Source of the DNA: Flavobacteriaceae bacterium
GTDB lineage: Bacteria; Bacteroidota; Bacteroidia; Flavobacteriales; Flavobacteriaceae
Direction: 5' to 3'
Assembly: GCA_965224465.1 (NCBI GenBank)
Contig: OZ245049.1
Location: 3,270,001 to 3,302,000, forward strand
Length of the DNA: 32,000 bases
Every line of letters begins with the position of its first letter. The stretch's first letter is position 1. The notes under the pieces were generated by a model, which did not search any database, was not told the origin of the DNA, and saw nothing but the letters and a program-made list of their open reading frames with translations. The translations under genes and the position numbers were made by a program. Below, piece by piece: positions 20,264 to 27,165 of the stretch.

Positions 20264-20775
20264 ATAACACTTTTTTCTATATGGATCGAAACTTTAAAAA
20301 TAGTACTAGATGCATTAAATCCATCGGGTTTATTGCTGCAGAACACGGCGTATTATCAAGGGACGGCGCTGTATGTTTGCGCACTTTCAAAAATCACTTA
20401 CTTTAATGAGAAAAAGATTCAAGACTATTATATAAGGGTAAGCCTTAGATACAATAAACGACATTTTTTTGACTTTATCAAGGAACCCAAAACAAATACC
20501 CAATTCATTTTATGGGCTGCCTCAGATATTGTTGTGATACGCGATAGTGGAACAGCGTTGCATGTGATAAAAGATATTCTCACTAATTTAAAGTGTTGGA
20601 ATTATAGAACCTAAGAATTCCATAGCCATAAATAGGAAGGATTACTGTCTGGACATAGTGGTTTTAGGCGGGCTGTTAAGAAATTAGCAATAGATCTCCC
20701 ACTTCTAATTACGAGATATTCAACGGAAGCAGCTATTGGTGCCTTATTAATAAACGGATTAAGAAAACAGGAGTA
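20264..20775 (+). pseudogene. Decayed class-3-lipase-like gene remnant
   Basis: A single frame reads ..QFILWAASDIVVIRDSGTALHVIKDILTNL..-TAA(20612)-..-TAG(20633)-..GHSGFRRAVKKLAIDL..ITRYSTEAAIGALL. This resembles the lipase_3 pattern (..RGT..D..DL, HSGF, GHSLGGA) but with two in-frame stops and a degenerate nucleophile elbow. It is cut off by repeat copy C. Confidence 0.35.
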
Positions 20776-20938
20776 ATACTAATTACAATCCAAAATGACT
20801 GGTGTACATAGTTTATTATACGTTCTATCCTTGTTGAAAAACAGAACGATAGCTAAGGATGTCCTTAGATTTTTCGCTTAGTTAAAACAGAAAATAATTC
20901 TTTTTCTAAACCGTCATTTGGAAATGTATTTGGTATAA
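20774..20938 (+). repeat. MITE-like intergenic repeat, copy C
   Basis: taatactaattacaatccaaaatgac...ccgtcatttggaaatgtatttggtataa. The termini form an imperfect inverted repeat of about 26 bp. Confidence 0.8.
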
Positions 20939-21014
20939 GGGGTAAAAGAATGTGATGGTGCTAGATGATAAAAAAACCATTCTTTAGTATGAGGTTTTAA
21001 TAAGAGATTGAAGC

Positions 21015-21022
21015 TAGTTTTG
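21015..21022 (+). promoter_or_regulatory. Candidate -7 box TAGTTTTG for the 566-aa ORF
   Basis: Exact TAnnTTTG match 30 nt upstream of the ATG at 21053. Confidence 0.4.
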
Positions 21023-21052
21023 TGATGTTACAGATTCAAAAAAGATATAAAG

Positions 21053-22753
21053 ATGAAAAATAGTTGTTTTTTAATGTTTTTTCTTATGGTTTCTTATTGT
21101 TTTTCTCAAGAAACCGAAATTAAAATAGACAGTACGGATACTGGGGATTACCATTTAATACGTGTTGAGGTAGACGGTGTATTAAAGAAGTATTTTGACT
21201 TAAGAGTGGAAGATAAAAAAATCATTTTAAAAGCAGACCTCTTAGCGTATTATAAAAATAAATTTGAAATGGAATATGAGGTTGAAATCAGCAAGTTAAG
21301 TATTAAAGTTAGTAGAGCAGGGAGCCTAGAGTATTCGTATGATATTAACAAAAAAATAGATAGAACATTGTTTCAGGTTGTACTGGCGGATGTTTATAAA
21401 GAAAGGTATGTGTTCTCAGATATAAAGAGGCAATTGGAGGTGTTTAAAGATAAGGAAGAAAAAAGTGTAATCGGAAAAATAGAAATATTTAAGAAAAATA
21501 AAATTCAAATTCATAAGGTTAATAAAGGTAAAGTTTTGTTTTTTAATAAAAGATCGTTTACATCTGAAAAAGAAGATTTTGTGATTATAAAATCAATAAT
21601 ATTACATATTAGAAAAGGTGCTATTTATGAGGTTCTTATCGAAGGGGAGCCTAATAGAAAATTATTTATAACGAATACTATTAAAGAGTCTGACAGTGTT
21701 TTAATACCTACAAATAAGCAATCAAATAGCATTCATTATCATAATAAAACAAGAAAGAACAACATGAGAAAAAAATATTTTCACAGTATGGATTACCCAA
21801 TATTGTTGGAAAGAATAACGCCTATAGGAGCTCTAACAGTTTCTTCGGATGTTAATAGAACGTATAATTTAAATCGTAGGCAGGATAAAAAAAGACATAA
21901 GATAATAGACAAGGGTAATCCTAATAAATTCATCTATTTAGACGATGTATTAAGGTATGTACCTGTGGTTAACAATCATTTTGTGCCTAAAGATGACCTG
22001 TTTAATATAAAAGTTACTGATCAATTACAGGAAGTGAAAATTATAAAGGATGTCCATTTGAATTCATATATAGAGGCAGCTGTTTATACAGATTTGTTTA
22101 GTTTGCTTGGAGATGCTGCGAATGGGCAAGTTCAAACAGAGTTTAATTCAAAAATATATTTAAATATTAAAAATATAGGATCATATTACGGGTATCTTTT
22201 TCATTATATACAGCCAAGTATTAAACATTCTTTATTTAAAGATGAACATATGTATTTAGAAATTGAAAATGGGGACGTTAATTTTTCAAAAACCAATTTA
22301 TATAGGCGTTCATATCTAAATTTAGGTTTGAAACTTAATTTATTTAAGGGAGAACTTTCCAATAGGTTTGAAGCTGACGTGAGTATTGGGACTAACTATT
22401 GTTTTACAAAAACTAAAGATAAACAAGAGGTTATATATAACGAAAAATTATGGAGTAAATATATAGGTTTAGAATTGTCTGTGAATGATTTTAAGAATTA
22501 TGGATTAAAAGGGTTTATTAAATATTCACATATTGATGACCCTAAGGTGAAAATCTACACGAAAGATGTATTTAAGGAAAAAGAAGATTGGTTTGTTTCT
22601 GTTGGTTTTGAATTGTTTTACCACCCTGTAAAAGACAAAGGGAATAAATGGTTTTTTAAATTTAACTATGTCTCAAACCAAGAAAATCATGAGGATGATT
22701 TTTCTCAAATCCAAGTAGGATATAAAATACCAATTAGGTTTAAACAAAAATAA
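21053..22753 (+). CDS. Hypothetical secreted protein with a predicted C-terminal outer-membrane beta-barrel
   Basis: Signal peptide MKNSCFLMFFLMVSYCFSQE. The C-terminal ~230 aa show alternating hydrophobic beta-strand patterns (YLNLGLKLNLF, KYIGLELSV, WFVSVGFELFY, WFFKFNYVS, IQVGYKIPIRF). Very Lys/Asn/Ile rich, and no family recognised. Confidence 0.7.
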   Translation: MKNSCFLMFFLMVSYCFSQETEIKIDSTDTGDYHLIRVEVDGVLKKYFDLRVEDKKIILKADLLAYYKNKFEMEYEVEISKLSIKVSRAGSLEYSYDINKKIDRTLFQVVLADVYKERYVFSDIKRQLEVFKDKEEKSVIGKIEIFKKNKIQIHKVNKGKVLFFNKRSFTSEKEDFVIIKSIILHIRKGAIYEVLIEGEPNRKLFITNTIKESDSVLIPTNKQSNSIHYHNKTRKNNMRKKYFHSMDYPILLERITPIGALTVSSDVNRTYNLNRRQDKKRHKIIDKGNPNKFIYLDDVLRYVPVVNNHFVPKDDLFNIKVTDQLQEVKIIKDVHLNSYIEAAVYTDLFSLLGDAANGQVQTEFNSKIYLNIKNIGSYYGYLFHYIQPSIKHSLFKDEHMYLEIENGDVNFSKTNLYRRSYLNLGLKLNLFKGELSNRFEADVSIGTNYCFTKTKDKQEVIYNEKLWSKYIGLELSVNDFKNYGLKGFIKYSHIDDPKVKIYTKDVFKEKEDWFVSVGFELFYHPVKDKGNKWFFKFNYVSNQENHEDDFSQIQVGYKIPIRFKQK

Positions 22754-22829
22754 ATTTAAGAGAGAAAACGTCCATTATACAGCTTTAATCGCTTTTAAAA
22801 CAACAACAGCTAACGTAATTTATTAAAAC

Positions 22830-23954
22830 GCTGAATTCAAGTCACAAACGCAACTTTTAGTTAAATAATAATTGTTCCATTACAAATATAGGGTTTTGAT
22901 ATTTATGTCTCTTCCTAGGTCTGTTATTTAATTTTGTTTCTACCTCTTTGATTCTTTGATCTGTTAGGTTTGTAAAGTCACTTCCTTTGGCAAAATATTG
23001 TCTAATCAAACCATTTAAATTTTCGTTAGATCCTCTTTCCCAAGAGTGATATGGATGCGCAAAAAAGTAATCAATACATAAATTTTCTGCAACCTGCTCA
23101 TGGCCTGCAAATTCTTTTCCATTATCAGCTGTTATAGTATGTAGATAAGGCTTCCAGTCTTCTAATATTTCATTGATAGCTTTAGTGACAACAACTGCTT
23201 CTTTAGAGCTTACTTTTTTCATTTTAAGCATTCCAGAAGCTCTATCATTTACGGTAAGTATGGCTTGATTATGGTTTTTACCTATGATTAAATCGACCTC
23301 TAAATCTCCAAATCGATTTCTTTGTTCAACAACTTCAGGGCGTTGTTCTATACTAATACGATTCTTTATAACCCCTCTAGAATCCTTTGATGAGCCACGT
23401 TTTCTATATCTCCTTCCCTGTCTGCGAAGGTGTGTATGTAAATCACCATCATTCCTCTTGTCTTCCCTAATATGCTGATATATACGCTCAATAGACACCG
23501 TTTCTTTACCTTGTTTTTTTAGGACACCAACTACTTGCTCAGGACTATAATCGTCTCGCAATAACAACTCTATTGCTTGTTGAATATCTTCTGTAAAGCG
23601 TTTTCTTTTAGGCTTTTCTTTATGACGTTTAGCATACTTTTTTTGGGCTAATTCATGCTTGTAAACTCCATTTCTTTTGTCTGAATTACGCTTAATCTCT
23701 TTGCTAATAACAGACTTGTCTTTTCCTATAGCAGCTGCTATCTCAACCTGTTTATAACCTTGTTTTAACATGCAACAAATTGTGTATCTTTGCGCTTGGG
23801 TGATGTGTTTCATACAACTTCTTTTTTCGAGATTTGAGACCGTAAGATACATATCCATCAAGACAAGAAAGGTAGGTTTTCCTACTTTTCTGTTTTGAAA
23901 ATATAACCATCATAGAATCAAATCGAAAAGTTGCGTTTATTAGTTGAATTTAAG
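22830..23954 (-). mobile_element. IS30-family insertion sequence, copy 2 (1125 bp)
   Basis: Same sequence and orientation as copy 1, offset by 4938 bp. Flanked by a 3-bp direct repeat AAC (22827-22829 and 23955-23957). Confidence 0.9.
22857..23813 (-). CDS. IS30-family transposase (identical to the copy-1 protein)
   Basis: The ORF-track translations of the two copies are identical. Confidence 0.9.
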   Translation of the reverse strand: MKHITQAQRYTICCMLKQGYKQVEIAAAIGKDKSVISKEIKRNSDKRNGVYKHELAQKKYAKRHKEKPKRKRFTEDIQQAIELLLRDDYSPEQVVGVLKKQGKETVSIERIYQHIREDKRNDGDLHTHLRRQGRRYRKRGSSKDSRGVIKNRISIEQRPEVVEQRNRFGDLEVDLIIGKNHNQAILTVNDRASGMLKMKKVSSKEAVVVTKAINEILEDWKPYLHTITADNGKEFAGHEQVAENLCIDYFFAHPYHSWERGSNENLNGLIRQYFAKGSDFTNLTDQRIKEVETKLNNRPRKRHKYQNPIFVMEQLLFN

Positions 23955-23988
23955 AACTGTATTAAAGCAATGGTGTTTTAATACAGTT
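23955..23988. terminator. 12-bp-stem hairpin at the IS30 copy-2 insertion site
   Basis: aactgtattaaa (23955-23966) pairs with tttaatacagtt (23977-23988). Before the insertion this hairpin lay about 75 nt after the stop of the 566-aa ORF. Confidence 0.5.
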
Positions 23989-24015
23989 CAAAGGATTCGT
24001 GTTTTTTATTTGAAT

Positions 24016-24165
24016 TCACGGTATTTTCTCATAAGTACCTTGGTGAGTCATAGTTATGCTGTCCGAGATGCCATTTTTATAGCGTCTGATTGTTTTTCCG
24101 GTTGTAGTGGTTGTAATTTTGATGCTTCCTCCTTGATAACAAACAGGATCTTTTTTTAGTAACAC
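24016..24165 (-). CDS. Possible small ORF or gene remnant (49 aa, GTG start)
   Basis: The minus-strand frame reads (V)LLKKDPVCYQGGSIKITTTTTGKTIRRYKNGISDSITMTHQGTYEKIP-stop. It looks more protein-like than the overlapping plus-strand ORF 23944-24159, but has no ATG start and no recognised family. Confidence 0.25.
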   Translation of the reverse strand: MLLKKDPVCYQGGSIKITTTTTGKTIRRYKNGISDSITMTHQGTYEKIP

Positions 24166-24189
24166 TGTGTTTTTTAAGCCTGTATAGTC

Positions 24190-24348
24190 TTATACTAATT
24201 ACCATCCAAGATGACGGATATAAATAGTTTATTTTACGTGCTAGCGTTGTTGAAAAATTGAACGATAGCTATCCTTAGAATTTCCGCCTAGTTAAAACAA
24301 AAAACAATTCCATTTCTAAACCGTCACTTGAAAATGTATTTGGTGTTA
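24190..24348 (+). repeat. MITE-like intergenic repeat, copy D
   Basis: ttatactaattaccatccaagatgacgg...ccgtcacttgaaaatgtatttggtgtta. Full-length copy. Confidence 0.8.
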
Positions 24349-24454
24349 ATTACTTGTATACAAATTATTTAAGAAGGGTTATGGGCATAAGTCGTGAGCT
24401 GATTTAACGTATGTTAATATTTTTTATTTAGCATTCTAAGTCATAAAAATAGCC

Positions 24455-24462
24455 TACTTTTG
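24455..24462 (+). promoter_or_regulatory. Candidate -7 box TACTTTTG upstream of the Cys/Lys-rich small ORF
   Basis: Exact TAnnTTTG match 28 nt upstream of the TTG at 24490. Confidence 0.35.
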
Positions 24463-24489
24463 TGTTTATTCATTCTAAATAAAAATAAT

Positions 24490-24636
24490 TTGTCTACAGT
24501 ATCCGTAGCTAAAGCTTTGTACGAATATGATTTTTCTGCTATTGAAACCGTGAGTAGAAAAAAGAAATGTTGTAAAAGCTACAAGAAAAAAGGGAAGACT
24601 TTTTGTGGTCGCTGCCCTCGAATTATAGAAAACTAA
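24490..24636 (+). CDS. Candidate small Cys/Lys-rich protein (48 aa from TTG 24490, or 58 aa from TTG 24460)
   Basis: Reads LSTVSVAKALYEYDFSAIETVSRKKKCCKSYKKKGKTFCGRCPRIIEN-TAA. Bracketed by a -7 box and a weak hairpin/T-run at about 24670-24697. There is no ATG start, so this is tentative. Confidence 0.35.
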   Translation: MSTVSVAKALYEYDFSAIETVSRKKKCCKSYKKKGKTFCGRCPRIIEN

Positions 24637-24798
24637 CATGTTTTTAGTTGTTCTATACTTGTGTTTTTGAGTTGTTAAACAACTGTAAATTTTTTTAAAA
24701 ACACACTTTTTAGGGACTTGTAAAATACCCAACGAATACGTATTCTTAAAAAATATATATTTAATAAAGTAGAACTGATGGTTGTATTCTTAAAATGA

Positions 24799-24806
24799 TA
24801 CCTTTG
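24799..24806 (+). promoter_or_regulatory. Candidate -7 box TACCTTTG for the ClC channel gene
   Basis: Exact TAnnTTTG match 27 nt upstream of the ATG at 24833. Confidence 0.4.
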
Positions 24807-24832
24807 CAGCGCAAAATTTACTTTATAATATA

Positions 24833-26623
24833 ATGCCAGGAGCTAAAAAAACGTTACTCGTTAAATTTCTAATTTGGAAGTATAAACATATTTCTGAACG
24901 TCAATTTATTTACATTTTAAGCATATTTGTAGGGCTTCTTTCGGGGCTAGGTGCGGTTATCTTAAAAAACTTTACACATTATATTCAATCGTTTCTAGAA
25001 GGAGGTTTTGTGAAGACTTACCTACATTCACTATATTTTATTTTTCCTATAATTGGTTTAGTACTGGTGTATTTTGTGATCAAATATGTGGTTAGAAGTG
25101 AAATACCTCATGGTATTCCATCAACTTTGTATTCTATATCCAAGAAAAAGGGTCTGATAGAAGGGTATAAGATGTGGGGTTCTTTATTAACAGCTCCATT
25201 AACCGTTGGTTTTGGTGGTTCTGTTGGACTGGAAGGCCCTGCCGTAAGTACGGGAGCTGCATTGGGATCTAATATTGCCCAAATGTTTCACATGAGTACA
25301 AAAACGCGGATGCTACTTATTGGTTGTACCGCTGCTGGAGCTATGGCTTCTGTTTTTAAAGCTCCAATTGCTGCTATTATTTTTGCCATGGAAATTTTCA
25401 GCTTAGAAATAGGATTTGCTTCTTTAATTCCGTTGCTTATCTCTACTGTTTCTGCGGTTGTAACTTCTTACTTTTTTAGAGGAACTGAGCTTCTTTTTCG
25501 GTTTGAATTGCAAGATAAATTTGAAATTTCTGATCTAGGATTCTACATACTATTAGGTTTGTTTACAGGGGTAGCCTCTGTTTATTTTTCTAAGATATTT
25601 TTTGGTATTAGTGCTTATTTTGAAAAGATGTCCAATTCTTTTAAGAAAATACTTGTTGGAGGAATCGGAATCGCAACTATGTTGTTTTTTATTCCTGCAT
25701 TGTATGGGGAAGGATTTAATCTAATGAATAATTTATTGCATGGAGATGCAAAAGCTGCCTTAGGAGATATTCCTTTTATGCAACACTTAACAGAGCACGC
25801 ATGGGGTATTATAGCCTTGCTTTTTGTGATTACTGTATTTAAAGCCATTGCCATGACGACTACTTTTGCAGCAGGTGGAATTGGTGGTATTTTTATTCCT
25901 ACCCTATTTATGGGCTGTACCTTGGGTAATATGGTTGCTAGGATTATCAATAACTTAGGTTTTGGTTTTAATGTTTCTGAATCTAACTTTACCCTGATTG
26001 GGATGACGGGCTTGATGGCGGGTGTATTGCACGCTCCTTTGACGGCAATTTTCCTGATAGCCGAAATTACAGGAGGTTATGAATTGTTTCTTCCATTGAT
26101 GATGGTGGCAGTAATTTCGTATTCTGTGACTCGCTATTTTATCTCCCATTCAATTTATACCATGGAATTGGCAAAACGTGGAGAATTAATGACGCATAAT
26201 AAAGATAATAACGTGTTGTTATTATTACAAATAGATAAGGTGATAGAAACTAACTTTATTTCTATTCACCCAGAAATGCCATTACAAGACATGCTTCATT
26301 CAGCAGTGGCAAAATCATCTCGGAATAATTTCCCTGTAGTAGATGAAGATAATGTCTTTTTAGGGGTGCTTTTATTAGATGATATTCGTGGAATTATGTT
26401 TGATAAAAAATTATGTGTAAAACTGAAAGTTGCAGATTTAATGCATAGTGCACCTGATTTAATTTATTATGAGGATGATTCTATGCAAGTGATTATGGAT
26501 AAATTTAAGCATTCAGCGGCATGGAATTTACCAGTTATAAAAGATGGTAAATATTTTGGGTTTATCTCAAAATCTAGATTGCTCACAGCGTATCGTCGTC
26601 AATTGTTGGCGGTAACCACTTAA
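24833..26623 (+). CDS. ClC-family chloride channel / H+-Cl- antiporter with a C-terminal CBS pair
   Basis: 596 aa and multi-TM, with ClC selectivity segments GGSVGLEGP and GGIFIPT. The C-terminal ~140 aa have a two-CBS-domain pattern. Confidence 0.9.
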   Translation: MPGAKKTLLVKFLIWKYKHISERQFIYILSIFVGLLSGLGAVILKNFTHYIQSFLEGGFVKTYLHSLYFIFPIIGLVLVYFVIKYVVRSEIPHGIPSTLYSISKKKGLIEGYKMWGSLLTAPLTVGFGGSVGLEGPAVSTGAALGSNIAQMFHMSTKTRMLLIGCTAAGAMASVFKAPIAAIIFAMEIFSLEIGFASLIPLLISTVSAVVTSYFFRGTELLFRFELQDKFEISDLGFYILLGLFTGVASVYFSKIFFGISAYFEKMSNSFKKILVGGIGIATMLFFIPALYGEGFNLMNNLLHGDAKAALGDIPFMQHLTEHAWGIIALLFVITVFKAIAMTTTFAAGGIGGIFIPTLFMGCTLGNMVARIINNLGFGFNVSESNFTLIGMTGLMAGVLHAPLTAIFLIAEITGGYELFLPLMMVAVISYSVTRYFISHSIYTMELAKRGELMTHNKDNNVLLLLQIDKVIETNFISIHPEMPLQDMLHSAVAKSSRNNFPVVDEDNVFLGVLLLDDIRGIMFDKKLCVKLKVADLMHSAPDLIYYEDDSMQVIMDKFKHSAAWNLPVIKDGKYFGFISKSRLLTAYRRQLLAVTT

Positions 26624-26705
26624 AACAAGGGGCTCAAACTAAATGTATATTGTTGCCTTAATTGTTTCTAATATTAACTAACTTCGTTTTTTAAAACATA
26701 CTATA

Positions 26706-27125
26706 ATGGAGAATAAAGTTGAATTATCTTGGCAAGGAGACATGCACTTTGTAGCTGAAGGGCATGAACAAATAATACATATTGATGCAAATCCAGAAGT
26801 GGGGGGTACAGGCAAAGGTGTCACTCCCAAAAAATTAATGTTGACTTCCTTAGCAGGGTGTTCTGCAATGGACATTGTATCTTTATTAAAGAAAATGCGT
26901 GCCGAAGTCGCTGATATTAAAATTGAGGTAAAGGCCAATTTGACGGATCAACACCCGAAAATTTATGATAAAGTGGAAATAATTTACCGCTTTTATGGAA
27001 CCGATTTTAAGAAAGATAAAATTCAAAAAGCTGTAGATTTATCCGTAGACCGCTATTGTGGTGTATTGGAGATGTTTAGAGGGTTTTCTGAACTTTCTAT
27101 TAAAGTCGAGTATATAGAGCAATAA
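26706..27125 (+). CDS. OsmC/Ohr-family protein (OsmC-like peroxiredoxin fold)
   Basis: 139 aa with the conserved Cys positions (LAGCSAMD and DRYCGV) typical of the OsmC family. Confidence 0.85.
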   Translation: MENKVELSWQGDMHFVAEGHEQIIHIDANPEVGGTGKGVTPKKLMLTSLAGCSAMDIVSLLKKMRAEVADIKIEVKANLTDQHPKIYDKVEIIYRFYGTDFKKDKIQKAVDLSVDRYCGVLEMFRGFSELSIKVEYIEQ

Positions 27126-27142
27126 TGTTGTCCGTTTTTTAT

Positions 27143-27150
27143 TATTTTTG
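27143..27150 (+). promoter_or_regulatory. Candidate -7 box TATTTTTG for recJ
   Basis: Exact TAnnTTTG match 16 nt upstream of the ATG at 27166. Confidence 0.35.
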
Positions 27151-27165
27151 AAAAAAAAATGATCG

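Noticed and set aside
20880-20938. A conserved minus-strand reading frame running through the right part of repeat copies C, D and E (..IPNTFPSDGLEMELFFVLTRRKI-TAA), including three different Leu codons at one position
   Set aside because: There is no start codon within or adjacent to the frame. Copy A has a stop and copy B a deletion. By my count about 4 synonymous and 9 non-synonymous differences separate the copies, which is close to the neutral expectation. I see no evidence for coding constraint.
17892-23954. A composite transposon formed by the two IS30 copies
   Set aside because: The outer flanks carry different 3-bp sequences (ATA to the left of copy 1, AAC to the right of copy 2). 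Each copy has its own matching duplication, so they are independent insertions.
23944-24159. ORF-track plus-strand ORF (71 aa), and similar short ORFs at 5342-5527 (-), 13944-14138 (-), 17186-17446 (+), 24475-24732 (-), 28892-29104 (-) and 31678-31989 (-)
   Set aside because: They lie in spacers or in repeat, IS or antisense sequence, have implausible composition and lack promoter context. Likewise, the many ORFs antisense to pst, suf, ClC, recJ and EEP genes are shadow frames of the real genes.
24640-24832. A fluoride (crcB-type) riboswitch upstream of the ClC gene
   Set aside because: I could not find the conserved crcB-motif core. The channel is also a long CBS-containing ClC and not the short ClC-F type associated with that riboswitch.
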